A DNA stretch of 32,457 nt from an uncultured Gammaproteobacteria bacterium (GTDB taxonomy: Bacteria > Patescibacteriota > Patescibacteriia > Magasanikbacterales > GWA2-37-8). The notes below the pieces were generated by a model. It did not search any database. It was not told the origin of the DNA and saw nothing but the letters and a program-made list of their open reading frames with translations. Of this stretch, positions 1 through 9,226 are shown piece by piece; within the stretch, counting starts at the first letter, position 1, and every line of letters starts with the position of its first letter. A program made the translations under genes and the position numbers. The stretch lies in NCBI GenBank assembly GCA_964447755.1, contig CAYUTM010000002.1, forward strand, positions 8,992 to 41,448. The letters are read 5' to 3'.

Positions 1-357
1 CAAGCTCTTAAAAATTCTGGTATCACACTTTATGGCTCGGGTGAGCAAACAAGAAGCTTTTGTTATGTAGATGACTTGGTGGGTGGGTTAATTAAAATGA
101 TGGAATCCGACGAAAAAATTGTTGGACCTATTAATTTGGGAAATCCAGAAGAGCGGACGATTAAATATTTAGCTGAGAAAATTGTAGAATTAGTGGGTTC
201 GCATAGTTTGATTGAGTATAAAAAATTGCCACAGGATGATCCAGAAAGAAGAATGCCAAATATTGAAAAGGCGCGTACAATTTTAAGTTGGAAACCTGAA
301 GTTGATCTCAATATGGGGTTAGAAAAAACAATTGCTTATTTTAGAAAAATAATATGA
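1..357 (+). CDS. UDP-glucuronate decarboxylase (UXS-type SDR), C-terminal part; 5' end lies outside the window
   Basis: Frame 1 is open from base 1 (QALKNSGITLYGSGEQTRSFCYVDDLVGGL...). The C-terminal motifs are typical of UDP-xylose synthases (GxQTRSFCYVDDLV, PQDDPxRRxPNI). The stop overlaps the next start as ATGA at 354-357. Confidence 0.8.
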   Translation, partial: QALKNSGITLYGSGEQTRSFCYVDDLVGGLIKMMESDEKIVGPINLGNPEERTIKYLAEKIVELVGSHSLIEYKKLPQDDPERRMPNIEKARTILSWKPEVDLNMGLEKTIAYFRKII

Positions 358-1742
358 AACTAGCATACATAGGAGGAGGTTTTGTTGGTACTTGCTCAGC
401 CGCTGTTTCTGCAGATTCTGGTCACGAAGTGGTGGTTTTTGATATTGATGAAAAAAAAATTGGTTTACTTGGTTCGCAAGATCGTGATGTGATAGAGAGC
501 TGTCTTTATGAAGAAGGTTTGGGTGATTTAATAGTTCGTAATAAAGAGAGAATTAAATTTACTACAGACCGCAAAGAGTTAGCCTTATTTTTGGATACTG
601 CTGACGCAGTTTTTATGTGTTTACCAACTCCAGAAATAGGGGAAACTGGTGAAAGTAATTTAACCTACTACATGACGGCGGCACGCGAGGTAGGGGCGGT
701 TTTAGCTCATCGAAATAATGGAGAGCAGTCTCGTTATGTTGTGGTAGTGAATAAAAGCACAGTTCCCATTGATATGATTAGTCGAACAGGAGCAGTTTTA
801 GAGGAAGCTGGAGTCAAAAATTTTGGCGTAGTTTCAAACCCAGAATTTTTGGTTGAAGGTAAGGCGGTTAAAGATTCTTTAAAACCAGACCGTGTTGTTA
901 TTGGCGCCCAGTTTGAGAAGGATTTTAAAATAATGCGTCAAATATATCAGCGTTTTTATGATTCACCAACTGTTCAGTATATCGAAGTAGCTCCGGAAGA
1001 GGCGGAGGCAGGAAAATTATTAGCTAACTTTTATTTATTTAACAAATTGGCTATTTGTTTTGATGTCATTGGGCGAACGTGTGAAGCCTTCCCTGGTTTA
1101 CGTTTTGAGAATTTGCGACGTGTCTTGACTAGTGATGCGCGCATTGGTGGGTGGGGATTTTATGATAGTTTGTATGCGGGAGGAAGTTGTTTTATTAAAG
1201 ATGCTCGGTCACTCTCATATCAACTTCAAACAAAAGGATTTAATACTGTGTTGGTTAACGAAACATATTTAGCAAACAAAAGGCAGTTAGAACTATTTTT
1301 GTCTCGGGCCGAGAAGGAAGCATTGTGTGATTGGAAAAATAAAAATGTCGCTATTCTTGGGTTAGCTTTTAAGCGCGATAGTAATGATATACGTAATTCT
1401 CCGAGTATTGAGATAACCAGATTTCTTCTTGAAAAACAAGTAAAAAAAATTTGTGTGTATGATCCGGTGGCACAAGAGAATTTTAAACACATTTTTTCCA
1501 AGCAACCTGCTGTGGAATATGCTCTACATGAATTTGATGCGTTACGTGATGTGGATGTAATTATTGTAGCGACAGATTGGCCGCAATTTCGTGGATTGGC
1601 CGACAGCTTGATTTTAGAATTAAAAAATCGCCCTTTAATTATGGATGGTCGACGTATGTTGCAGCATCGATATGAAGATTTGGTGCAGAATGGATTTTCG
1701 GTTGTTGCGGTAGGTTCACCTTTTTATAAAGCGGCTGTTTAA
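354..1742 (+). CDS. ugd: UDP-glucose 6-dehydrogenase
   Basis: 462 aa. N-terminal Rossmann motif GGGFVG and a catalytic Cys region (GGSCFIKD), with UDP-glucose/GDP-mannose dehydrogenase family length and layout. Translationally coupled to the upstream UXS gene. Confidence 0.85.
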   Translation: MKLAYIGGGFVGTCSAAVSADSGHEVVVFDIDEKKIGLLGSQDRDVIESCLYEEGLGDLIVRNKERIKFTTDRKELALFLDTADAVFMCLPTPEIGETGESNLTYYMTAAREVGAVLAHRNNGEQSRYVVVVNKSTVPIDMISRTGAVLEEAGVKNFGVVSNPEFLVEGKAVKDSLKPDRVVIGAQFEKDFKIMRQIYQRFYDSPTVQYIEVAPEEAEAGKLLANFYLFNKLAICFDVIGRTCEAFPGLRFENLRRVLTSDARIGGWGFYDSLYAGGSCFIKDARSLSYQLQTKGFNTVLVNETYLANKRQLELFLSRAEKEALCDWKNKNVAILGLAFKRDSNDIRNSPSIEITRFLLEKQVKKICVYDPVAQENFKHIFSKQPAVEYALHEFDALRDVDVIIVATDWPQFRGLADSLILELKNRPLIMDGRRMLQHRYEDLVQNGFSVVAVGSPFYKAAV

Positions 1743-1752
1743 TTTGATATAT

Positions 1753-2667
1753 ATGTCTACATATTTAGTAACTGGTGGGGCTGGTTTTATCGGAACCAAT
1801 CTGGTTAAAAAACTTCTTGAGGAGGGGCATGTTGTGCGTATTTTAGATAATTTTAGTGCTGGTAAGTTTGAGGAAAGAATACGGCCTGGTGCTGAGTACC
1901 AGGTTGGGGATATTCGATCTGTAGAAGATATAAAGCGTGCGGCAAAGGATGTAGATGGAATTTTTCACCTAGCAGCACTTCCCCGAGTGCTTTTTTCTGT
2001 TGAAAATCCGCAACTCACTCATGATGTTAATGTAAATGGAACCATGAATGTTCTTTTGGTTTCCAAAGAACTTGGTATAAAAAGGGTTGTTTTTGCAACT
2101 TCCTCTGCTGCTTATGGTGATCAGGGTAATTCTGCGTTGGAAGAAGACGGTATGGTAAAAAAACCTTTAAGTCCTTATGCGCTTCATAAATTCATTGGTG
2201 AACAATATTGCCGAATATTTTTCGAATTATATGGAGTGGAAACAGTATCACTTTGCTATTTTAACGTGTATGGACCATTTTTGGACCCAGAAGGTGCCTA
2301 CGCATTGGTTATTGGCAGGTTTTTAAAATTACGAAGAGAAGGTAGTCCGCTCACCATTAGAGGTGACGGTGAAATGTATAGAGATTTTACACATGTTGAC
2401 GATATTGTAAGAGGAACCATGTTGGCGATGCAATCCCAACAGGTTGGACATGGTGAAGTAATTAATCTTGGTTATGGCAGTCCACGTTCAGTCAATCAGC
2501 TTGCAGCGCTTGTTGGGGGAGAAATTGTTTTTGTTCCAGCTCTTACAGGAGAGATGAAATATACTTGTGCGAATAATCAAAAAGCCAAAAAACTTTTGGG
2601 ATGGGAGCCAGTAATTGCGTTTGAAGAGGGTGTAGATCAGCTTAAAAAGCTGTACGGAATTAGTTGA
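1753..2667 (+). CDS. NAD-dependent nucleotide-sugar epimerase/dehydratase (UDP-hexose or UDP-pentose 4-epimerase-like)
   Basis: GGAGFIGTNLV Rossmann motif and a YxxxK catalytic motif (SPYALHK). The ORF track starts at TTG 1744; the ATG at 1753 (MSTYLVTGG) is the more likely start. Confidence 0.75.
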   Translation: MSTYLVTGGAGFIGTNLVKKLLEEGHVVRILDNFSAGKFEERIRPGAEYQVGDIRSVEDIKRAAKDVDGIFHLAALPRVLFSVENPQLTHDVNVNGTMNVLLVSKELGIKRVVFATSSAAYGDQGNSALEEDGMVKKPLSPYALHKFIGEQYCRIFFELYGVETVSLCYFNVYGPFLDPEGAYALVIGRFLKLRREGSPLTIRGDGEMYRDFTHVDDIVRGTMLAMQSQQVGHGEVINLGYGSPRSVNQLAALVGGEIVFVPALTGEMKYTCANNQKAKKLLGWEPVIAFEEGVDQLKKLYGIS

Positions 2668-2701
2668 TAATAAGAGTTTAAAACTTGGGTTTCTCAAAAA
2701 T

Positions 2702-2729
2702 AAAAATACCGCATTTAGGCGGTATTTTT
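2702..2729. terminator. Bidirectional intrinsic terminator between convergent genes
   Basis: Stem ATACCGC (2706-2712) pairs with GCGGTAT (2719-2725). It is flanked by an A-run and a T-run (aaaaataccgc-atttag-gcggtattttt). Confidence 0.7.
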
Positions 2730-2740
2730 ATTTTTTGTTA

Positions 2741-3016
2741 TTAAGGTAGAACATTTACAACAGTGCTCATTTTGAGTGTGCCGTCGAAACGTTGTCTCTT
2801 TTTGTGAGTGAATTTGATTTTTCCAGGTGCTGCTGCAAATAAGGTGTCATCTTTACCCTTTTTAACGTTTTTTCCAGGAAAGATTTTAGTTCCTCGTTGT
2901 CTTACGATAATCATTCCGGTTTTTGCCAATTCACCATCATGAAGTTTTGTTCCAAGACGTTGAGCATTAGAGTCTCGGCCCAAATGTGTAGCTCCACCTG
3001 CTTTTTTATGTGACAT
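2741..3016 (-). CDS. rpmA: 50S ribosomal protein L27
   Basis: 91 aa. [24 protein letters not shown]...[13 protein letters not shown] matches the conserved L27 N-terminus and core. Confidence 0.95.
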   Translation of the reverse strand: MSHKKAGGATHLGRDSNAQRLGTKLHDGELAKTGMIIVRQRGTKIFPGKNVKKGKDDTLFAAAPGKIKFTHKKRQRFDGTLKMSTVVNVLP

Positions 3017-3095
3017 AAATAATTTTGCTATGAGAGAGTTAATGCCTCTCTTGGTATTGGTTAAGGTGGGTTTAGTATATGCTCTTTTTAAAAGA

Positions 3096-3124
3096 TTGTC
3101 AAGTCGGTTGAAGCATGCTAAAAT
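3096..3124 (+). promoter_or_regulatory. Sigma70-like promoter candidate (TTGTCA-17-TAAAAT)
   Basis: TTGTCA at 3096-3101, a 17-nt spacer, and TAAAAT at 3119-3124. It lies about 20 nt upstream of the ATG at 3146. Confidence 0.45.
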
Positions 3125-3145
3125 AGCTCAGCTTACTTAAATAAT

Positions 3146-3499
3146 ATGCGCTACTCATTCAAAAATTACTTCTTAGATTGGTGGATATTCGGTCCGTGTA
3201 TAGTCTCACTTGTACTTGAAGTTTTTATGGTTATCTATGGTATTAAACATATAAGGGCAGTAGAAAGTGGAGTTTTTCTAAGATATTCAGTACTGGTGGG
3301 GCCTAGTTTGCACGGCAGTTGGTGGCGTTTGTACGGCATGCCTTTATTGGGATTTTTAATGCTTTTAATACACATGATATTTTGGTTTTTTGTCTACAAA
3401 CAAGATCGAATTCTTGCGCGTATTATGGCCTTTGCTTTGGTGCCTTTGCACATATTTTTGATGGTTTCTTTCGTGTTAATTATAGGTATAAATTATTAA
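3146..3499 (+). CDS. Small integral membrane protein, unknown function
   Basis: 117 aa with 3-4 hydrophobic helices. The stop abuts the FtsW/RodA start (TAA then GTG at 3497-3502). The promoter candidate lies just upstream. Confidence 0.55.
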   Translation: MRYSFKNYFLDWWIFGPCIVSLVLEVFMVIYGIKHIRAVESGVFLRYSVLVGPSLHGSWWRLYGMPLLGFLMLLIHMIFWFFVYKQDRILARIMAFALVPLHIFLMVSFVLIIGINY

Positions 3500-4603
3500 G
3501 TGTGTATGATTCAATCTATTGGGCATAGGACTGATCGTCTACTGGTTTATTGCCTGGGGGTTTTGATAATTTTTGGTCTAGTTGTTTTGAGTTCAGCGAG
3601 CTCACCTCTCGGCTATACAAGATTTCAAGATGCATATTTTTTCGTTAAAAAACAGGTGTTTTATGGCCTTATTCCTGGTTTGCTACTTGCTTTTATTGTT
3701 TCAAGGGTTAATTACCAATGGTGGAGGAAAGTAGCATGGTTAGTTTACGGTGGAGCATTGTTTTTATTAAGTTTAGTTTCTATAAAAGGTATTGGTGTTG
3801 TTATTAATGGCTCTCGCAGCTGGTTTAGGATTGGCGGGGTTAGTTTTCAGCCTTCAGAAATAGCAAAAATAGCCATTATTTTGTTTCTAGCTTATATTTT
3901 AACGAGTAAAAAATTTGATTGGACAGATTGGAAATCAAGTTTTTTGCCGATTATGATTTTCCTTGCTCCAATTTTTATTCTTGTACTTTTGCAAGACGTG
4001 GGCACTTTTTCGATTATTGGCTGCATTTTTTTTGTAATGTTGTATGTGTCGCGCATCCCTTCTTCATATTTAATGATGGTTGGTTTGGCGGGGATAACAG
4101 TTTTTGCAGTTTTAGTTTTATTGGCTCCATACCGTGTGAATCGTTTAAATACCTTTTTGCACCCCGAGATTGACCCGTTGGGTAAAGGCTACCAAGTGAA
4201 CCAGGCATTTCTAGCAGTCGGTTCTGGTGGTTTTTTTGGACTTGGTTTGGGAAATTCAAGGCAGAAGTTTCAATATTTGCCTGAAGTGAATGCTGATTCC
4301 ATTTTTGCGGTTTTAGCTGAGGAAATGGGTTTTTTATTTGCCGCAGGAACAATTGTGCTTGTTTTAATAATCGGTTGGAGAGGAATCATTATATCATCTA
4401 CAGCATCTGATGAATATGGAGCTTTGGTTTCAGTAGGTGTTACTACATGGTTTGTGTACCAGTCTTTCCTAAATATAGGAGCAATGGTAGGAGCGCTGCC
4501 TTTAACAGGGGTGCCACTTCCATTTATTAGTCATGGAGGGTCGGCTTATATCGCTATGCTTACATCTTTTGGTATTTTGGCCAATGTAAGTAAATATTCT
4601 TAA
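3500..4603 (+). CDS. SEDS-family peptidoglycan glycosyltransferase (FtsW/RodA/SpoVE)
   Basis: 367 aa polytopic membrane protein. It has SEDS motifs (QPSEIAKI, GLGNSRQKFQYLPEVNADSIFAVLAEEMGF, PLTGVPLPFISHGGS). The start is GTG 3500 or ATG 3506. Confidence 0.9.
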   Translation: MCMIQSIGHRTDRLLVYCLGVLIIFGLVVLSSASSPLGYTRFQDAYFFVKKQVFYGLIPGLLLAFIVSRVNYQWWRKVAWLVYGGALFLLSLVSIKGIGVVINGSRSWFRIGGVSFQPSEIAKIAIILFLAYILTSKKFDWTDWKSSFLPIMIFLAPIFILVLLQDVGTFSIIGCIFFVMLYVSRIPSSYLMMVGLAGITVFAVLVLLAPYRVNRLNTFLHPEIDPLGKGYQVNQAFLAVGSGGFFGLGLGNSRQKFQYLPEVNADSIFAVLAEEMGFLFAAGTIVLVLIIGWRGIIISSTASDEYGALVSVGVTTWFVYQSFLNIGAMVGALPLTGVPLPFISHGGSAYIAMLTSFGILANVSKYS

Positions 4604-4611
4604 GCATACAT

Positions 4612-5616
4612 ATGAAATTACTTATTTGTGGAGGAGCAGGATTCATGGGTTCGCACTTTATTAAATATGTTTTAGAAAAGTATCCGAAATACGAAGTGGT
4701 TAATTTTGACAGCCTTACTTACGCAGGAAATTTAGACAATTTAAAAGAACTAGAAAAAAACGAACGCTATGTTTTTGTAAAAGGAGATATTGCAAATGAA
4801 AAAGATGTAAAGGATGTCATAGAAAAGTACCACCCAGACATGATTGTCAACTATGCTGCGGAGACCCATGTTGACCGTTCGATACTCGATCCGAAAGCTT
4901 TTTTATTGACTGACGTTTTAGGGAGTTATAATTTGCTTGAAGCAACCAAGAAATTTGGAATTAAAAAAATGGTACAAGTTTCTACAGATGAAGTTTTTGG
5001 AAGCATAGAAACAGGCGCGTTTACCGAAGAATCAAATTTTTTGCCAAATAGCCCCTATGCTGCGGCCAAAGCCGGTGGCGATTTACTTTGTCGGGCATTT
5101 TTTAAAACCTATCAAACTCCTGTGGTGGTCACCCATAGTTGTAATTTTTATGGTACACACCAATATCCCGAAAAATTAATTCCACTTTTTATTACCAATT
5201 TGCTAGAAGGTAAAAAAGTTCCGCTTTACGGAGATGGTCACCAAGTGCGGGAATGGATTCATACGAGCGATCATTGTAGGGCAATAGATATTATTTTGCA
5301 CCAAGGTGTCGTGGGTGAGGTTTATAACATTGGTTCTGGAATAGAAAAAACCAATCTTGAAATTACAAACTTAATTTTGTCAGCATTTGGCCTTGGAGAA
5401 CAAATGATCGAACGTGTAAAAGACCGACCAGGTCATGATGAGCGCTATGCCATCGATCATTCCAAATTAACAAAAGATTTGGGATGGAAACCAGAAAAAG
5501 ATTTTGAAACAGGTTTGAAAGAAACCGTCGAATGGTACAAAGAAAATGAATGGTGGTGGAAGAAATTAAAAAGTGGAGAGTATCTGGAATATTATAAGAA
5601 GCAGTACCAAGTTTAG
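4612..5616 (+). CDS. rfbB: dTDP-glucose 4,6-dehydratase
   Basis: 334 aa. Motifs GGAGFMGS, DSLTYAGNLDNL, STDEVFG and YAAAKAGGD (YxxxK), plus the RPGHDERYAID C-terminal motif typical of RmlB. Confidence 0.9.
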   Translation: MKLLICGGAGFMGSHFIKYVLEKYPKYEVVNFDSLTYAGNLDNLKELEKNERYVFVKGDIANEKDVKDVIEKYHPDMIVNYAAETHVDRSILDPKAFLLTDVLGSYNLLEATKKFGIKKMVQVSTDEVFGSIETGAFTEESNFLPNSPYAAAKAGGDLLCRAFFKTYQTPVVVTHSCNFYGTHQYPEKLIPLFITNLLEGKKVPLYGDGHQVREWIHTSDHCRAIDIILHQGVVGEVYNIGSGIEKTNLEITNLILSAFGLGEQMIERVKDRPGHDERYAIDHSKLTKDLGWKPEKDFETGLKETVEWYKENEWWWKKLKSGEYLEYYKKQYQV

Positions 5617-5638
5617 ATTAAAAGTAAATTGTTTATTT

Positions 5639-6808
5639 ATGCGTAAGTATTTAGGATTACTCTTGATTTTACTGGTGATTTCCGGTTGTGGAAAATCTCA
5701 GCTAGCTTTTCCGGTATCAGAAATAAATCCTCCAGCATTGAATGGAAAAGTGGTAATAAAAGAAATCAAAGTTTTACCTGTACCCGGTTTTAAAACATTC
5801 GATCCAGACGTTGAAAAATTTGTTCCAAAATTTGATTCATATGGCTCCTATGATTTATTAGTAAGGAATGGTAATTATTTATTACGGGTTGTTAATCGAA
5901 AAGGAGAATTGGTATTAGTCCACAATGGAAAACAAGTTTATCTTGGTAAAGAAATACCTCACTATGAGCTTAGCGAAGATGGCACGTATGTAATCTATTA
6001 TTTTGATACGTATAGTCGTGGTCTTTATGAAGGTAAACTTCATGATTATAGTCAAAGGGATTATTATATTGATGGAAAGAAAGTTGGTTATTCGAAAAGT
6101 TCGTCTTGTGTTTCCGAAAATGAAAATGAAGAATGTATTGAGCGTATAGAAAATTATCTAAATGACAATTTGGTTACCTCAACACCTTATTTTTTATCCA
6201 TAATTTTATCATCCTCGGAAAAACCTGAGTTCTACAAGCCAAATAGCTTAGGTGAAACCTGTGCTAATCGAGGAGAACTCATACAAAAATTTGAAAAGGA
6301 ATGTAGCATGGTGCATATGGTGCGACAGTCTACTGATTGTTTGCATTATATCGTTATTACTACTGAATCAAAAATTAAATCAAATAATCTGGAACCAGTT
6401 GATTGTGATCAGAGTAAGATATTTAAAAACTATTGGCATGACGGTCAACTTATTAAAAGCGAATCACTCAGTCCGGGCGCTGCTTTAGGGTGGGGAGCAA
6501 TAAGTGCGAATGGTCGACAATATATTTTTAATAGTAGCGTGGATATTAAAATAGGAGATTCTGGTGCGTGGATTTTAAACAATACAAATAGCTCAAAAGA
6601 CTGGAAAATTAATGGTAAGCTTGTTGATGCGGATAGTCGAATTGGTGATTTGTATAAAGTTGAGATGAATGATGAGGGTACGGCTTATTTATTAAGTGGG
6701 TCAAAAGGATGGTTAACTAACGACGGTCAGTTTATTGCTAAAAATAATGCATCGGTTGCTGAGTTAGATGGAAACACTGTTTATCATTATATTTTTGAAA
6801 GTGACTAA
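5639..6808 (+). CDS. Lipoprotein of unknown function
   Basis: The internal ATG at 5639 gives MRKYLGLLLILLVISG|CGK, a classic lipobox. The 22 codons upstream in the track ORF overlap the rfbB 3' end. I recognised no family. Confidence 0.6.
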   Translation: MRKYLGLLLILLVISGCGKSQLAFPVSEINPPALNGKVVIKEIKVLPVPGFKTFDPDVEKFVPKFDSYGSYDLLVRNGNYLLRVVNRKGELVLVHNGKQVYLGKEIPHYELSEDGTYVIYYFDTYSRGLYEGKLHDYSQRDYYIDGKKVGYSKSSSCVSENENEECIERIENYLNDNLVTSTPYFLSIILSSSEKPEFYKPNSLGETCANRGELIQKFEKECSMVHMVRQSTDCLHYIVITTESKIKSNNLEPVDCDQSKIFKNYWHDGQLIKSESLSPGAALGWGAISANGRQYIFNSSVDIKIGDSGAWILNNTNSSKDWKINGKLVDADSRIGDLYKVEMNDEGTAYLLSGSKGWLTNDGQFIAKNNASVAELDGNTVYHYIFESD

Positions 6809-6833
6809 AAAAATAATTATCGACTGTTTTAGT

Positions 6834-7280
6834 ATGAACAATATGAACGAAGAACAGAAACAAAAGATTTTGAAAGTTTTACATGAAAATGAGTTTGGAG
6901 TTGTAGCAACTTTTCCGGTCAACAAAGATGGTGTGCCTGAGTCTGCTGTTGTGGCAATTTCAGAAACTCCTGATTTGGAAATTATTTTTGGTTCATTTGT
7001 TTCTTCTAGGAAGAATGGGAATATAAGAAATAATTCGAAAGTCTCTGTAGTAGTTGGCTGGAATAAGCAGGCAAAGACAACGGTTCAGATTGAAGGGTCG
7101 GCACGTTTAGCTGTAGGTTCTGAACGTAGTTCGCTAGAAGCGGTTCATTGCATAAAAAATCCTGAGTCAGAAAAGTTTAAAAACGATTCTCGCCAAGAAT
7201 ATTTTAAAATTACTCCGTGCTGGATTCGTTATTCAGATTTTTCCAAAGATCCACAAGAAGTTTGGGAAATAATTTTATAA
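6834..7280 (+). CDS. Pyridoxamine 5'-phosphate oxidase-like FMN-binding split-barrel protein (tentative)
   Basis: About 148 aa starting at MNNMNEEQKQKILKVL...FGVVAT. Size and N-terminal pattern resemble PNPOx-like/general stress protein 26 family members. The upstream 22 codons of the track ORF overlap the previous gene. Confidence 0.45.
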   Translation: MNNMNEEQKQKILKVLHENEFGVVATFPVNKDGVPESAVVAISETPDLEIIFGSFVSSRKNGNIRNNSKVSVVVGWNKQAKTTVQIEGSARLAVGSERSSLEAVHCIKNPESEKFKNDSRQEYFKITPCWIRYSDFSKDPQEVWEIIL

Positions 7281-7284
7281 AAAT

Positions 7285-8127
7285 ATGAAAATTCTAATTA
7301 TCGGTGCTGGTTATGTTGGTAAAAAATGTCTCGACACATGGAAAGATGAAGCGGTTTTGGCGGAGACAAAAATTTATTCTACCGAAGACGCACTAAATTT
7401 GTTAAATAAACATCAACCCGATGTAGTTTTAAATGCAGCTGGAGTGCGTGGTAAGCCAAATGTAGATTGGTGTGAAACCCATCAGTTAGAAACTATCCAA
7501 GGCAACACCAAACTACCTATTATGATCGCCGAAGCTTGCCAGCAGAAAAACATTTATTTACTCCATATTGGTTCAGGCTGCGTTTTCTATGGAGAGTCTC
7601 CTGATCCAAAAGGTTGGAAAGAAGATGATTTTGCCAATCCGCTTGCGGTTTATTCCAAAGCTAAATATGCGGCAGATTTAGCTTTATCTACCTTGCCCAA
7701 TGTTGGTATCGCGCGTATTCGCATGCCCATGGATGAAATTCCATCTTCATTCAATATTATTGATAAGCTTGCAGCTTATGAAAAAATAATTGATGTAGAA
7801 AATAGCCTAACTGTGATTGAAGACATGGTAAATGTTTTTTACCAACTTTTGCAAAAACATGCCGCTGGAGTTTTTCATGTTACAAATCCAGGAGTTTTAA
7901 AACATAGGGAAATAATCGAGTTGTATAAAGAATTTATCGATGAAAGCATCAATCCTACCTGGATTACGCCCGAGGAAATGGTAAAAGATGGATTGGTTAA
8001 AAAAATGCGCTCAAATAACAAATTACAATCAGAAAACTTAGAAAAATTGGGAATTACAATGCGAGAAGTACATGAAGCAGCGAGAGAGACAATGATTAAG
8101 TACGCGGTTTATAAAAAAAAATCATAA
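7285..8127 (+). CDS. NRS/ER-type 4-keto-6-deoxyglucose 3,5-epimerase/4-reductase (RmlD-like SDR)
   Basis: 280 aa. NAAGVRGKPNVDWCETHQLETIQGN, YSKAKYAAD (YxxxK), RIRMPMD and VTNPGVLKHREIIELYKEFID align closely, from memory, with plant NRS/ER (NAAGVTGRPNVDWCESHKVETIRTN ... LRVRMPIS ... FTNPGVVSHNEILEMY). Confidence 0.75.
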   Translation: MKILIIGAGYVGKKCLDTWKDEAVLAETKIYSTEDALNLLNKHQPDVVLNAAGVRGKPNVDWCETHQLETIQGNTKLPIMIAEACQQKNIYLLHIGSGCVFYGESPDPKGWKEDDFANPLAVYSKAKYAADLALSTLPNVGIARIRMPMDEIPSSFNIIDKLAAYEKIIDVENSLTVIEDMVNVFYQLLQKHAAGVFHVTNPGVLKHREIIELYKEFIDESINPTWITPEEMVKDGLVKKMRSNNKLQSENLEKLGITMREVHEAARETMIKYAVYKKKS

Positions 8128-8131
8128 AAAT

Positions 8132-9208
8132 ATGAACAAAAATATTTTAGACAATATAGCTTATATAACCAAAAAAGATTCAAAGCAGATGTTAAAAAGT
8201 TTGGAGCTGGTTGGTAGGCAGGTTGAAGATGTTGTCCAAGATGCTAAAAAATTAACCACCCCATCTTCATATAAAAAATTTAAGAATATAGTTTTTTTAG
8301 GCATGGGTGGTTCCACGCTTGGTAGCCATGTAATTAAAGCGCTGTATTTTTCCACTTTAAAAATCCCTGTAGAAATTGTAAATGGGTATCATATTCCTAA
8401 TTTTGTTGATAAGGATAGTCTCGTTGTTGTTTCGAGCTACTCTGGTACTACGGAGGAACCTCTTGCCGAAATGAAAGAAGCTAAAAACAAAAAAGCAAAG
8501 CTGATGAGCATTTCCTCAGGAGGTGAGTTGGCTAGTTGGAGTAAGAAAAATAAAATACCTGTACTTATTTTTGATACTAAAAATAATCCATGCGGATCGC
8601 CGAGGATGGGTTTGGGTTATTCTATTGTGGGTCAAATTTTACTTCTGGCAAAAGTAGATGCTTTAAGTTTTTCGACTGCTGAAATTAGTTCGTTTATAAA
8701 AACTCTAAATACGTATGAAAATAAGTGGGGGGTAAACTCTGTGGTAAGTAAAAATTTTGCCAAACAATTAGCGGCAGATACTAGTGAGCGAAGTGTGTGG
8801 TATGTAGGGTCTGAGCATTTGGGTGGCAATGTCCATATTGGTGCTAACCAAATGAATGAAAATGCTAAACGATTTGCAGGATATTTTTTAATTCCAGAGT
8901 TAAATCATCATTTGCTAGAAGGGGGAATGTTTCCAAAATCAAATACCAAAAATGTTTTATTTGTTCTGTTGGAATCAGGTTTGTATGATAAAAAAGTGCA
9001 AAAAAGATATGAAATTACGAAACAAATTTTAACAAAAAATAAAATAAGCTTCCAATCATATAAATGCGTAGAAAAAAACGCTTTAAACCAAGTAGCTGAA
9101 TTATTAGTGTTAACAAGTTATACCAGTTTTTACTCGGCAATTTTGGAAGGAATTGATCCGACTGCAATACCATTTGTAGATTTTTTTAAACAGCAACTAA
9201 AGAAATAG
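8132..9208 (+). CDS. SIS-domain bifunctional phosphoglucose/phosphomannose isomerase
   Basis: 358 aa with the motifs GMGGSTLG, VVVSSYSGTTEEPL and SGGELA. Size and layout fit the PGI/PMI family. Confidence 0.7.
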   Translation: MNKNILDNIAYITKKDSKQMLKSLELVGRQVEDVVQDAKKLTTPSSYKKFKNIVFLGMGGSTLGSHVIKALYFSTLKIPVEIVNGYHIPNFVDKDSLVVVSSYSGTTEEPLAEMKEAKNKKAKLMSISSGGELASWSKKNKIPVLIFDTKNNPCGSPRMGLGYSIVGQILLLAKVDALSFSTAEISSFIKTLNTYENKWGVNSVVSKNFAKQLAADTSERSVWYVGSEHLGGNVHIGANQMNENAKRFAGYFLIPELNHHLLEGGMFPKSNTKNVLFVLLESGLYDKKVQKRYEITKQILTKNKISFQSYKCVEKNALNQVAELLVLTSYTSFYSAILEGIDPTAIPFVDFFKQQLKK

Positions 9209-9226
9209 CGCCTCACAATCAAAATT

